Positions 1 through 13,759 are shown, counted from the first letter of the stretch. The stretch: DNA of 64,000 bases from Podarcis muralis (GCF_964188315.1 NC_135660.1:47368001-47432000); one strand, 5' to 3'. A program made the numbers and translations. Notes: a model not told the origin generated them from the letters alone.

Positions 1-25
1 AAAAATAAAGAAGTCTCCATTCTAA

Positions 26-273
26 GCCAGTGTGGTGTAGTGGTTAAGAGCGGTGGACTAGTAATCTGGTAAACCGGGTTCGCGTCCCCGCTCCTCCACA
101 TGTAGCTGCTGGGTGACCTGGGGCTAGTCACACTTCTTTGAAGTCTCTCAGCCCCACTCACCTCACAGAGTGTTTGCTGTGGGGGAGGAAGGGAAAGGAG
201 ATTGTTAGCCGCTTTGAGATTCCTTCGGGTAGTGATAAAGCGGGATATCAAATCCAAACTCTTCTTCTTCTTC
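26..273 (+). mobile_element. tRNA-derived SINE, Squam3-like (lacertid type)
   Basis: tRNA-like head (agccagtgtggtgtagtggttaagagc...ccgggttcgcg) and (CTT)n tail; near-identical copies at 7500, 29186, 36519, 55320; TSD ttctaagc at 20-27 and 271-278. Confidence 0.85.
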
Positions 274-316
274 TAAGCACGCCTCCTTATCCTTTCAGAT
301 GACTGTGTGACATCTA

Positions 317-490
317 GGGAAGGACCATAGCTCAGTGGTGGAGCATTTGCTGCGCGTGTAGAAGGTACCTGGTTCCTGGCATCTCCATGTAAGGCTAGGA
401 GAGATTCTTGGAGATGCACTGCCTGTCAGCACAGATGAAATGAGCTAAATGGACCAATGGTTTGACTCAGTATAAGGGAGCTTCTTTTGC
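317..490 (+). mobile_element. tRNA-derived SINE, Squam2/Anolis SINE2-like, diverged
   Basis: A-box-like head (atagctcagtggtggagca) and 3' segment gagctaaatggaccaatggtttgactcagtataagg; related copy at 38473-38672. Confidence 0.65.
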
Positions 491-1258
491 TCCTATTGCT
501 CTGAAAAATGTCAAAGAATGATTTCTGCTCCGAGGCAGGCAGGTATACAGCAGGCTGTGTCTTAGTACCAATACACTATTCAGCCATAATTAATCCATTT
601 AAGTGAGGCTTTACCCAAAGGTACAGGAGACGCTGGCTCAACTTAGCTAAATCATTCACTGAGGTCGAGGGGAAGTGCATATCCCAGCTGGTCTTCCATA
701 CTCAATGTATTTTGAGTTTTGATATCACCGTTGAAGGTTACCCTCTTAGGGACAGAGCAGAGTGGGTGAACTTTAAAACAGCAAGTTTGCAAACCTGTTG
801 GGAATGCTGATTAATAGCAGACTGAATGAAGGTCAAAGTGAAATACACACAGCCGATAACTCCGGTGGAACTGGTGAAGGTACATTAAGGATAAACTTGG
901 CAAATCAGGCTAATTCATAATTCAGTCTGAAGGCTATTTGGTTTATTTTGATTTATGGTCTGGAGGCTATTTGAGAGAAAGCATATTAGAATGGCAGATG
1001 GCTCTGCACCTACTTTCAGAAGATAAGAGGGGAAGGGCAGAGGATAAATGGAAGAAGCATAGTTATAGCACACACAAAATGAACTTACCAGGTTTGTAAT
1101 AAAGAATTGTAATAAAGAATACAAGCGCCCTTTGAAAACTCACTGCTTCATCAAGGTTTTCTTCAACTATCCCAACATTGTAATTCCTGTCCTCCATTGG
1201 TGTATGAGTCTCCTTCTTGTCCTCCCATCTGTCTTATTCGTGTAACGTATGTAGTCAG

Positions 1259-1703
1259 TAGGGATGGGAGAAAAATTTTATTCCGTCCATATTTAGAGGT
1301 GAATATATCAAATTTGCACTTTACAAAACCATATGAAAGCCACAACACAGCACTTATCTGAACCAAAACACAACACTTTGAAATTTGCACTTATACAAAT
1401 TTTGTGATGCAGTTCACCAACCCAAGTTTATAAAAATGCACATATGAGGAGAAAGTGCCTGGAAAAATAATAATAAGTTGGTGAACACAAAAGTGTTATC
1501 AGTGGAAACCACTTGCAAATATGTGTACATTAGTCAAAACTGCATAAAGAAATGGGTTCATTAGGAAAAACACACTAAAATGCTGGTGAATTTTGAGGAA
1601 GATTTGTTAAAAATGCACATTGGTGCAGAAATCTGAAGAAGTCAATTTAAGGTTGGAAAAATGAGAATCTGAGAGAACCAAAATCAACATATCCTTCCAT
1701 CCT
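1259..1703 (+). mobile_element. Old non-autonomous DNA-transposon-like repeat with TAGGGATG...CATCC termini
   Basis: Starts tagggatggg and ends ttccatcct; shares aaaatgagaa(t/a)c(t/a)gagagaa with 6890-7180 and, inverted, with 25539-25940. Confidence 0.5.
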
Positions 1704-2829
1704 CATTGAAATGGCCAATCTAGGGGTGAGCACGGCCCTTCCCATAGACCACCACTGAGTGGCAGCTAGGAAAAGAGAACATCTCTGCCCCATGCAGCTG
1801 CAGTGTCCAAGGAGCTGCAACCTGCACTCCTGTCTGAGCCATGCCTGCATTGTGTACTGTTGACAAAATAAATGTACAGTAATCACATAAGTGGTGCTAG
1901 AACAGGTAGCAGTAACAGCAGCATTGGCATGGAAACTGCAATCCTAATGACACTTCAGCAATCACTTGTAGTACAATAATGGGCACTTCTTTTCCCATTC
2001 CCCTGTCCAAATTAAGCCTTAATTTCTTGGTCTAAAAAATCAATGGTGGAAGTAAGACCTGAACTGCCAGTCCAGTCGGCATCCAAACCTACAATGAGAA
2101 GAGGGTGCAAGCTTGTCTATCCCTTGGGCAGCGAAAACCTTTTGACCAGCTTCACCCCAACCCCCTCTTGCCTGTTCTGTCCTGTTCTTTGAGTACTAGT
2201 GTCAAGGTGACCCATTGGATATGATTTATTTGGGTATTCAAACAGCTCTTGATAATATCCCTCATAAAACAATATTAATCATTTTACATTTATGAGCTCA
2301 CATTAATGATAGTGTCTTTTATCTAGATGACTCGGCAAAGTGTTTCACCAAGTCCCTACTAACTATGCATTGTCCATGTCACAGGGAAGGGATACAAATC
2401 TGGAATATAATGTTACGAACTTATAGTTTTTACACAATCCAAACTGTGCAAAGCATACAAGATGGTGGGGAAAGGTGCATTTAAGGGGAAAGCAGGAGAA
2501 CAGGAGAAATACCAATTAGTAGATGTAATAGGGTTGTCATATTTCAAAAAGTAAAATTACTGACACTCGCAATGTTGTGGAGCTCATAGAAACCCACCAA
2601 AAATAGTGATTTTAAGCTGACATATGGCAAGCCTAAGATATAGAGACTTGGTATATATTTCAAAAGTAGATATTTCAAAAGTAGATAGCAGTATTATGCA
2701 TCGTCTTATACCCGAAGCTCTCACGGCACCTTGTAAAATGCCACGAGTAAATATTAAAAATCCAAATAAAAGTCAGTTAAAAATTTATTTAAAAACCCTC
2801 AGGCATCAAACACAATAACATAATCACCA

Positions 2830-3110
2830 TAAGTCAGCAGCATGCCAGGTTCCCTGGGGAGAGCATTACCAAGGTTGGGAGCCACAACCAAAAAGACCCT
2901 TTCTTTAGTAGCCACCATCTGCATTTCAGTCAGATGGAGTATTCAGAGACGTAACACAGATGACGAACTGAGTACCAGGCAAATCTATATGGGAACAGAT
3001 ACTCCATAAGGTAATAAGATCGCAAATCAAATAAGGTTTTATAAGTCAATAACAGCCCTTTGAATTTGGTGAGGAAACATACTAGAAGCTTTTTAGCCAG
3101 TCAAAGTAGA
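2830..3110 (-). mobile_element. Degraded L2 LINE 3' region
   Basis: Resembles the reverse complement of the L2 3' coding/UTR segment, better preserved at 52855-53235; heavily diverged. Confidence 0.4.
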
Positions 3111-3357
3111 TAATACTAGGCTAGATGGAAACATATAATTTATGGGATTAATATCCTGCTACTTCCTAAGCGTAAATGATCCAGTGAATCAGCATAAATG
3201 ATCCAAGCATACATGTTACAACAGTTCCATAAAAAAACTAATTTAGCAAAATCAGATTGAAATTAATACACATGTATCTTCTAAAAATATATTATTCATC
3301 AACTTTAAAAGGCCTTCCAAAAGGGGAGGTTTTTGCCTGATGCTGAAAATTTGTCTA

Positions 3358-3488
3358 TGTTGTTGTTGTTGTGTTGTTGTTTAGTCGTTTAGTCATGTCC
3401 GACTCTTCGTGACCCCATGGACCAGAGCACGCCAGGCACTTCTGTCTTCCACTGCCTCCCACAGTTTGGTCAAACTCATGCTGGTTTA
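3358..3488 (-). mobile_element. BovB (RTE) LINE 3' tail, heavily 5'-truncated
   Basis: (CAA)n tail plus gactcttcgtgaccccatggaccagagcacgccaggc, matching 47690-47810; TSD tctatgttg at 3354-3362 and 3489-3497. Confidence 0.85.
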
Positions 3489-4643
3489 TCTATGTTGGCA
3501 CCAGCCTACTGAGGCTACTGAGGCCACATGTCCCCAGTGACAAGAGATATCAAGGAGTACCACCTCCAACTATGGAGTGGTGCAACCGCATCCCAAAGAC
3601 ACTGAATTCCTGGACAAAGGAACCATCCATTCACAGCACATCCATCTTCTTGGGATTCAGCTTCAGTTTACTGGCCACCCTGAAGCTCATTACCAAACCC
3701 AGAGACTGATTCAGCATCTGTAGAGCTTCACCTGAGAGTCTGATGTGACACATGGCAGCTTCCTATGTTCCTATTAATATCTGACACTCCCTGATTGCTG
3801 GGTCTCATTCCAGGTATAACCTGACAAAAATTAAACTATATCCAACCTTTCCATTTCTCATCTTGCTGAAATTTTGTTGCTCTCAAATGAAGACGGCTAT
3901 GTTCTGAGCCAATCATCTTTATCCTATAATTGTTTAATCACAGAAAAGTCTTTTAATAACAAGGTGTGTTTTTAAATATGCCATACAGCTAGTCCCTCTT
4001 ATCTGGATTAAAGTGCTGTGTTTGGCGGCATTAGTTGGAAGTATCACTTCTCCGAGCTCTTACAAAGTCACAGGAGCGATTTGCAGTGCCCTAGCTTTCA
4101 AATTAAGATTTTATTTCATTTACGAGGGTATAAGGACATGCAATTTAAAGGGGGGAAATGTCAGGTTAATTGCTTGAAAGCAAAGGTTTCATATTTTAAT
4201 TAAGCTTTAAGTGGAGTTGCTTAATTGCTCTTTGATTTTTGCTTTCAGATATGACGATATGAAGCTGGTTAAAGAATATCTCTACTGATTAAGTAATAAC
4301 AATAGCAACTTCGCTGTGATTCTAGAGCCAAGGGAGTTTAATGATGTGCATTTCTTTTTCCCCCAGCCCTGTTTTAAAATAGCAAACTTTGAGTAACTGA
4401 AGATCAAGTTCAGTTTCACTGCTGTGCACAGCAGCAAAATGCTTTTGGTGCCATTTCTATGGAGGCAGAAGTACCCCCAAGCTGCATATCCACTCCTTCA
4501 GAGGGAGTGTAACCCCATCAAGAGTACACAACCTCCCATCCTCTGAGCCCACTAACAGTGCTTAGGTGTTATCTGGGTTGAGCTTCAGTCTGCTGGCTCT
4601 CATCAGGTCCATTACCAGGGCAATACAACAGTCCAACAAATCT

Positions 4644-5008
4644 AAAGGTAAAGGACCGCTGGGTGGTTAAATCCAGTCAAAGGCAACTATAGGGTGTGGT
4701 GCTCAGCTTGCTTCAAGCCTAAGGAGCCAGTGTTTGTTCACAGACAGGTTTCCGAGTCATGTGGCCAGCATGACTAAAATGATTCTGGCGCACAGAACAC
4801 CGTGACGAGTGCCAGAGTACACAGAAGCACTTTTTCTACCGCAGCAGTACCTATTTATCGACTTGCACTGGTGTGCTTTTGAACTGCTAGGTTGGCAGGA
4901 GCTGGGACCGAGCAACAGGAGCTCACCCTGTCATGGGGATTCGAACCGCCAGCCTTCCGATTGGAAAGCCCAAAGAGGTTCAGCAGTTTAGACCACAACG
5001 CCACCCAC
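4644..5008 (-). mobile_element. Sauria SINE
   Basis: Reverse complement of Sauria SINE body (gtacctatttatc.acttgcac, gaactgctaggttggcaggagc, gattcgaaccgcc) with aaaggtaaagg tail. Confidence 0.9.
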
Positions 5009-5390
5009 TGCATCTACTGCCACTGGATGACTACTGGCAGGATACATGTGTTAACTAGGGGTGCCAAGTTATTAGCAATCTAGCAACCACTACTCAGTGT
5101 ATGTTTCTTCATACATACCTTGCACTGGTGTGACAATTCCCACCATTTCCCTCCCATGATGCATACACATTAACAAAGACGTCCTCTCCTGGAATGTGGC
5201 CACAAGGAGATAAACCCAAGGCTTGGCTATGTCTCTCTCCAGTGGGCTCCTCTGTATCCCCATCTGCTCTGCTTCTAGGAGAGTTAATTTGGACTGCTTT
5301 TGTCATATACAAAAATGTTTTCTGGTGGCTCCCCTCACCAGTATTGATATGGTATGATTCCATCTGTCCCTGGGCCTTTAAGAAGTGTTA

Positions 5391-5720
5391 GTGACGCAGG
5401 TGGCACTGTGGTCTAAACCACTGAGCCTAGGGCTTGCCGATCGGAAGGTTGCGGTTTGAATCCCTATGACGGGGTGAGCTCCCGTTGCTCGGTCCCAGTT
5501 CCTGAAAACCAGCAATTCGAAAGCACGCCAGTGCAAGTAGATAAATAAGTACCGCTCCAGCGGGAAGGTAAACGGCATTTCTGTGTGCTGCTCTGGTTTC
5601 ACCAGAAGCAGCTTAGTCATACTGCCCACATGACCCGGAAAAACTGTCTGCCGCAACTCCAGAATCGTTCGCAACTGGACCTAACTGTCAGAGGTCCTTT
5701 GCCTTTTTTTTTTTTTTTTT
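5391..5720 (+). mobile_element. Sauria SINE with internal deletion and T-rich tail
   Basis: gtgacgcaggtggcactgtgg head and gtgcaagtagataaata core; TSD aagtgtta at 5383-5390 and 5721-5728. Confidence 0.92.
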
Positions 5721-6754
5721 AAGTGTTACAAGAGAGTGGAAGAGGGGTGAGACATGGCATGCACTGGAGATTTTTTATTATGCAAAGGATTGACCAAATG
5801 TGGGAAGAGCTGGCATGACCTGCATGCATATGTTTTTATCTTTGGTTGCCCACTTTGGTGCCTAGAAGCAGCATGGCAGATTGAAATGGGGAAATGAAAC
5901 AATAAATTAAGCATGCACAGCAGCTTCCTTCCCAGGCCACTGTCCAGCACAGTCATTTTGGCCCACACTCTTATCTATTTAGATTATCGGCAAGCTAAGT
6001 GAGCTAATAAGCATCTGCCGGTGAGGTTTTGCCCTCATCAGCATCACAAGAGGTAATTCTGACCCCTGCAAACCTGGCAAAGCGTTTGATCAGGAGAAAA
6101 CAGGGAATCAATAAAAACACATCTCATCTACAGAATTAAAGTAGATTTACTCCCAATTCTCTGCGTCTGTGGTGCTCCGTCCTGCTTTCCCTTCATTAAT
6201 TTGGATTAATTTAATTTCTTCCTGAGCACTGCTGCCTTTTATCTGCTGCTCAGCTTTAAGATCCTAGGAGGACCTCATGTGGTTTTAACAAAACAAGACA
6301 GATGGGGCTTCCATTCCAATGTAATGGATGATCTGGACCTGCAGTTTTTAAACGATCTAACCTTTTCCCCTTACAGAAATCTAATACATACATGATATAG
6401 CTGAGTTAATTTTTAAGCTTTCTTGTGCACAATACTTCACTGGGGAACTGGATTTTGGTTCTTGTTTTGTTTCAAAAGGCGCATATACAGCAAGTCCTAC
6501 TGAAGTCACTGGGTAAGTGTGCATAGAACTGCGTATTCTACATGCTTATCTCTCCCACTGAAACTAGTAAAATCTGTGCAGCACATTCCTATGCATTTTT
6601 CACTGGGAGTAAGCCCCATTGAACTTACTTCCAAGTACACACCTAAAGGGTTGCACAGTAAAGTACTCAACTTTGGCTGGATTTTTTTGCATCAAGGCCA
6701 TTTCCCCCCACAGTGGGACTTGCTCCCAATGTTTGTTGTAGCCCTAGAAGGATA

Positions 6755-6880
6755 ATGAGCTATCCATCACTGGATGTCTTCAAACAGAGGATTGACAGTT
6801 ATGGGCTGAGGATGCAGTAGTTCTAGATTTTTTGCATCAAGCAGAGAATTGGGCTAGATAACTCTATGGTTCTATAAAGG
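6755..6880 (+). mobile_element. Old CR1 3' end
   Basis: ccatcactggatgtcttcaaacagaggattgac resembles the CR1 3' terminus seen at 20370-20410. Confidence 0.5.
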
Positions 6881-6889
6881 ACATCCTGT

Positions 6890-7180
6890 CAAAATGGATG
6901 GAGGGGCATATATTGGGATAAAGAGTCCATAAAAATGCATACCATTAATTAGTGAAAGTAACATTCACAAGTGCAATGTTTTAGGGGAAATTGCTTTGCA
7001 AAAATATGTATGTTAGGCAAATTTGCAAATAAGAATTGTGTATATTAGAAGTTTGCAAGGACTTCTTTGGGTTTTTTAAAAAAAACACAAATTGGTATAG
7101 AAACTGGAGAACTGAACACAAGACTGGGGGGAAAATGAGAAACAGAGAGAAATCCAAATGATTCTGGCTTTCCAATGAGT
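6890..7180 (+). mobile_element. Second diverged copy of the 1259-1703 repeat family
   Basis: Shared aaaatgcata, gcaaaaatatgtat and ggaaaatgagaaacagagagaaatc segments. Confidence 0.45.
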
Positions 7181-7499
7181 TTTCTCCAGGTTTAGGGCTT
7201 ATCCAGACTTCCCTTATCATCATGTTTTCCAGGCACAGGACCATATTTTAAAGCTCTGGATCTGAGGGTTTTTCATGTTATTATTTTTTCAGAACCAGAG
7301 CAAATGACAATCCAAGGAAAACCTAATGGCCATGTCTTCTGATTCAGCGGTAAAGCACAGATTTTCTGGAAACAAAAAGAACATTCAGACATATATCGTT
7401 AAAGCCAGGACCTGATCTTAGAAATGCAGCAAAAAAAGAAGTCTAGATGAACCCTTAATCTCACTAGTGACCTTGGCAGGTTTCTGCTTTCAGACACAG

Positions 7500-7753
7500 A
7501 AGGAGAGGAGGAGGAGAGTCTGGATTTGATATCCCGCTTTATCACTACCCTAAGGAGTCTCAAAGCAGCCAACAATCTCCTTTCCCTTCCGCCCCCACAA
7601 CAAACACTCCGTGAGGTGAGTGAGGCTGAGAGACTTCAGAGAAGTGTGACTGGCCCAAGGTCACTCAGCAGCTGCATGTGGAGGAGCGGAGACGCGAACC
7701 CGGTTCACCAGATTACGAGTCCACCACTCTTAACCACTACACCACACTGGCTC
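7500..7753 (-). mobile_element. Squam3-like SINE
   Basis: Reverse complement of 26-273. Confidence 0.9.
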
Positions 7754-7797
7754 TAGTGTCCTGAATCTGCTAAAAGTATGCCCCTGAACACTAGTTA

Positions 7798-7957
7798 CTG
7801 GAAACCACAGGAGAGGAGAGGGTTTTAGGGCTCAGGTCCTGCTTGCAGTTTTCCCAGCAGGCATCTGGTTGGCCACTGTGAGAACAGGACGCTGGACTAG
7901 ATGGGCTTTTGTTCTGATCTGGCAGGGCTTGTCCTATGTTCTTATGTTCCTTATGCA
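7798..7957 (+). mobile_element. Old L2/CR1-group LINE 3' tail
   Basis: ggccactgtgagaacaggacgctggactagatggg...ctatgttcttatg tail; related copies at 37919-38055 (+), 51511-51639 (+), 57603-57712 (-) and 23390-23620 (-). Confidence 0.6.
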
Positions 7958-10900
7958 TTAAAGGCCATGGCTTACTCACTTCAACCGTCCGTGTATGTTT
8001 TGCTTAATTTATTTATTTGGTCAGATGAGGGCTTTTCTTATTTTACAACTTGGCTCCTTATGCTTCTCTGCCTATTACATATCAAATTATCTGCTTTGTT
8101 CCCCTTTGATTTTCCCCAAGCTGTCAAAAGACCCGAATGTCAGCGCTGCTTGTAGCTGAAGTTCTCCAAGGGAGAGGATTCCAATTCAAGCATTAAAAAG
8201 GAAACAAACCCTTAAAACTGTTCCACAAATTAGAAGCTGGGATTTGCTCTGCTTCAGATCCCCACAAAAAAGTACCATGGAAACAGAATAAAGATGAATT
8301 TGACCCACACCACTCTTTTTTGTGTCTCTGATTTGTGTGGATTCTTGGAGCCATTTACAGTACGTATTATAATACAGAAACTATTCCAGAGAGTGAGCAG
8401 CCCCACATTTGCCATTGCTCTGTAATTGGAGCAGGGATTTAATTTTGCTTACAGTTATAAAACATAAAAGGTCTCTCAAAAGAAAGAGAATAGTTCACAG
8501 TAAGCTCCACCTCTGATCTAACAAACAGACACGTCCAAGAGTACTTCCTCTTATTCTTCAGGTTTGGGTTGTTGTTTTTAATGTATACAGAAAAGAGAAC
8601 TTCCTCCAGTCTTCTAGTTTCAAATGTTGCTGTTCCCTTCCAGCGTAACTGGAAGATAATCTCATACATGGGACAACATGAAACAATAAAAATGTCACTG
8701 CCACAATGAATAGTTTATTAAGGTCTGATGGATTGATTCAGTGACTTTTTGACGTAATTTTAGTCTGTCAAACCATGGTTGTATTTCCACAGAACACTAA
8801 GCAAATAAATAAATAAATTCTGGTTTAAAATACCAGGAAATGCATGAGCAGCAAGCGTGTTTACTGATGGTCAGGAACAGAAATCAATCAAGTGAATACA
8901 TTTGGTATTCATCTTTTTTTTAAGTACACAAACCATACATAATTAATGACTTTTTAACAGTGTTTTGATGTTTACTTTATGCTGAAATGAATGTAAGTTA
9001 TTTCAATATGTATGTGATTTGTGTTAAATAGCAGTGAGACAATGACATATTTGACCGAAACCGAATTGCAGTGAAATGGAAACAGTGCTGCCCTCATACA
9101 TCCCTAGTTAGAGAGCCACAAACTCCTCAACTCTATCTTAAGGGGTGGGTGGGTGGGTGGGTGTAGGCTAAACAAAAAGAACCAGCACTGACCCTATCTT
9201 TTCTAGAAGCTGGCTCTTGAGATGGACAGACTTCTGATTTTTCTGATCTACTTTGTTTTTTACTAGAATCCCAAGATTTACCAACCACCGCCAGTTATAC
9301 AAGAACTGCATTTTGATTTTTGTTTTTTAATAAAAGAAAAAGGGCGTCTCTGAGCATATCCTGAACCAAGGAATTTGTTTTTGATACCAGCACTGAATAG
9401 AACTCCCAGGTCTTTTCACTCAAAGTCCACTCCTGGTTGGCTTTTCTTCATTGCAACCTAATTTGGATGGGGAAAGTAGCTTCATTGCTGCTATTGTTTA
9501 AAAAATTGCAAGCCAGAAACGCTACTAATCTACAGCAAACTACCCAGATATTTACTAATAGATCCAATCCACCTTCTGCCCTGTTCTACCCTAGATCAGA
9601 AAGCAAAACTGGAAAAGACCAGGCTGCTTGTTTTGTTTTACTTTTCCTATTCACTTGGGATTCTAATAACAACATACTTTAGCTACGATGAGAACTATAT
9701 TGCATGTTGTTTGGGCCCAAGTCACTATCTTTACAAACCTGTTATTATTTGAGCTTCATAGACAGTGCAATTTGAAACTGAGGTCATATAATTTAAGCAG
9801 ATTTTGATGCTGTTTCAACTTCCCAATGAACAATTGGCTCAGTTGCAAGACAAGTTGTTGGTCCCTAACATTTTGAACTCTTCTGAAACTTCAAGGAAAG
9901 TTAAGGAATGATTTTATGCACTTTCCCCCTCAGTGTTCAATCACAAACCTGAATATTCTATGGTTGGGTTGTCTTTAATGGATGTTTTACTTTTACGCTT
10001 ATAAAGTTTTCAAATTAAACTTTCTCTTTCTGTCACTCAAAGGTGGGTGGTAGGTGATGATCCCTGTTATTTTCCATCCCCATAAATTCTTTTAATTGGT
10101 TGCCAATATTGCAGCTATACCACAGGCTCTCCTGTCAAATACTGTTAAAATGATCCCTTGTCTGGAGACGGTATTGGGCGAAAGGTCTTCCCTGCTATGC
10201 AGGGGAAATGCTAAGTAATCAATTTTCAATGAGATCAGATGTCAGATACAGAAGTGTGAATAAGACTGTCTGTTCAAGTGGACAAAAAGGATGTCAAACT
10301 AGAATAATATTGGTTCAACAAATCAGATGAGCTATTCAACACCCTGAGCAACATGGGCACAACTTGAGAAATGGCCTCAGAGACAACAGGCGTGCAAAGA
10401 TTATGGGTATGATTGAGCTAAAGTTAAGCATAATTAGTTACATGACACTGATTTTAATGAGAAAGTTAAGCATGTGCTTAATTCTCCATAGCTGAAATCA
10501 ATGGGACCTCAAAGTACTTAACTTTGGCTCAATCATGCCTAAAATTGTTTTGCAGAAATCTTACAAATATGATTCTGGGAAACTCCTCACTCCATCAAAA
10601 ATGTTACCCTGGTAACATTCCTAATTTTGAGTGGAGGAAGAGTTGGATCTCGCTACCCTGTTTTTAGTACCAACACAGGACTTTGGTTTCCAATCTCCAT
10701 GAGGTGGTATGCTCAGGCACCCACAACAAGAGAGTGAGAGAGAACGATAACTATACACTAGCTATTCTCCTTCTGTACTATGAGCTCCTTCACTATGAGT
10801 TTCTTGTTCCAGCTATGCAAAGAGGCATTAGAACTCCAGAATAGTCAGATGCCTTTGCCTCTGTCTAGTGATCCAAAATTTGTCTGCTACACATGGGTAC

Positions 10901-13388
10901 ACAATCTAGATTACCTTAGCATATCCAGTACCAAGGAAAACCTGGAAATCTGTACTTTAGAACCATTATGCACAATTTTGCATGACTTTCTCCACTTCTA
11001 ATTATGGGATGGAAAGACCACTGAAGTGCCAACTACTGAGCACTAGAGATCCTACATAGCACTGCCCACTTAGTTCTTACATTCCCAAGGCATCCTCCAA
11101 CCACTCATATCTCTATTTTTGCAGGTATCTGAGCTAGAAATTTCTGTTCCCACAAACCAAATTCCATAGTTACCCAAATGGGAACAACAAATGGTATGGC
11201 ATGGCATAAGTGCAACTCCGTCCCCTCCCCCAGAATGAAGGGGGACAGGTCTTCTTCAACATTTCCCCCTTCATATCCACTCAAATGTCACCAGAAAAAG
11301 GAGTCCTGAAAAGAATCAAATTAGGAATGTTCTTTGTCCCCAGCCAATGACAGCTTGCTCTAGAAATATTTTTTGGGTACCAGCTTTGACCCACAAAGCT
11401 TGAGGTGGCTAAGATATTAAATAAGTTCTTCTTAACTCTGTTCTTCCACAGTTTCTGATTGATGGGGATCTCTCTTGACAATTCCATCCACACACCAAGA
11501 ATGAACAAAAAAAGTTTATGGAGGGAGCATTCTCAGTACTTCCTCCTTGTACCACTGAATTCAGCTCAGTTGCTGAACTCTCATTATCCCTGACCATTGG
11601 CCTTTCTGGCTGGGGCTTATGGGAATTGGAGTCCAACAGCATCAGGAGGATACCATGTTGACCAGAATACCCTAGAGGTTTGTCAACCACAAGCTTACTT
11701 TGAGAACAGCATCAGGCACTGTGTGCAGGATTTAATAAATTATTCAAAATATATAGTTTTTAAACAATCGTTTCCCCCATCTCAAACATTTCAGTTAGAT
11801 GCAAAATATTAAAAATATGTGCTGATTTTTACTTGAGAATAAGCTATTTTTGTTAGGAAGAAAGTGGTGATCAATTTGGAAAAAATACTGGAGAGTGTCA
11901 ATGTGTGTGCAAATCTTTAGTATCTTCCCTAGACTCCCTAACACTTCAGAATTATAAATATACTGCACTCCTTTGGAAATCAACAATAAAGTATCTTGGT
12001 TCTTTTCTTATCCTGTTTTGTGCCAGTCCCGATCATTAGAAGCAAATAGACAAGAAAATATAAAAGAGAGGGGGGGGAAATATGAACTGCAATATAAACA
12101 ATTTAAACAATTACATGAATAAAAGCACAGTCTGCTACAATAGGTAGGTCAATCTATAAAATATGAGAATAAAGGCACTGCAACAGATGCCAACCTTCAA
12201 AGTATGCTGTGAAAAGAATACTAAGTGCCAACTCATGGCTTAGATCAGTATTTGTAATTTTTGCAAAAAGCAGAAGAAATGAAGGGGGTGTCTGGAAAAG
12301 GGAGTGGGGCTTTGTCTCTCTCCATCCCTTTTGTATTTAACACCTCAGTCCTAACCCTTTAGCAGTAAGCCCCACTGCAGTGAATAGGGCTTACTTTTAA
12401 ATGCATTGTAAAGCTGGACTGAACAGCCGCAAATGCTTTTACATGACCATTCATCTCATATGAAAGCGGGAGGGAGTATATTCAGCAAACGGGGTTGGGG
12501 GAAGGTGAGAATTAAGGGTAGAGGGTCTTACCTTTAAATACCAAGTGGCTTGGCTTGCCTACTTCCATTCCTTGCCACCACTTCAAGTTTGGGCGTGGTT
12601 GCTCTCTACAGCCTACTCACTTTCCTGGGACAGGATGTGTCATTTCAGAGACAGAATGCCATGACTCAGGAAGCTGCCTTAGACCAAGTCGGACTAACAA
12701 GTGTCTAGTTCAGTACTGGCAGCAACTCTCTTGGTTTTGGCCTAATGTTATAGAACAAATTGAAAAGGGGATGCCTACAAAGCACTGCTGCTAGAGTGAT
12801 TCAAAGTCTAGCCCTGGTTGCATTTGATGTTTGGATGTTCTGGCCACCTTTTGTCTCCAAGAATGACTATGGAACGAGATTGGGGTTGAGATGGAAAGGT
12901 ATGGTTATAAACTGATTCCAGTCTTCCGTAGCACATGAATAAATCAACTGACCACAGCCCAGTAACTACCTTGCTGTATGTGTGCTAAATACTAAAGTGT
13001 TGACAGAGGCTATAGATGTCACGGCTAGAAATTGGCTGCTGTTTCTTTAATGCTTAAAAAGCTGGGTCAGCATCAGTCAGCAGCCTGCACCGGGTTGTAT
13101 ATATAGAGTGAGAAATGTTAGTTTGTTGTTGGGTTGGTTGGTTAGTTAGTTAGTGAAAGCTGGTAGTGTTGATGTGTGTACAGTTGTTCAGTCGCTTTTG
13201 CAGAAAGACTTTTAAGAATAAAAGCAGAAAGTACTCTGCAAGGATACTTTTCTCGTGGACTCTTTTATGCTGACAAGGGTCTGAGGACCAGGCTGAGGCG
13301 ACAAAGGGAGGTCAGACCCTTTATTTTTTTAAAAAAACCACTGACAATAGATGCTTTGTTTGGGTCAATGAAAGTTGTGGATGGGTAA

Positions 13389-13759
13389 AGGGACATGGGT
13401 GGCACTGTGGTGTAAACCACTGAGCTTTGGACTTGCCGGCCGGAAGGTCGGTGTTTTGAATCCCTGTGACTGAGTGAGCTCCTGTTGCTCGGTCCCAGCT
13501 CCTGCCAACCTAGCAGTTCGAAAGCATGTCGAAGTGCAAGTAGATAAATAGGTACCGCTCCAGCGGGAAGGTAAATGGCGTTTCCATGCCCTGCTCTGGT
13601 TTTGCCAGAAGTGGCTTAGTTATGCTGGCCACATGACCCAGAAAAACTTTCTGTGGACAAATATCCGCTCCCTCGGCCTGTAAAGCGAGGAGAGCGCTGC
13701 AACTCCAGAGTCGTTCATGACTGGACTTAACTGTCAGGGGTCCTTTACCTTTACCTTTA
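13389..13759 (+). mobile_element. Sauria SINE, full length
   Basis: gggacatgggtggcactgtgg head through ggtcctttacctttacc tail. Confidence 0.92.

Noticed and set aside
26-100. tRNA gene (also 317-390, 36519-36590, 55320-55390)
   Set aside because: The tRNA-like heads continue into SINE bodies and tails repeated across the window; no complete cloverleaf.
9143-9162. (GGGT)n potential G-quadruplex
   Set aside because: A simple short repeat with no supporting context.
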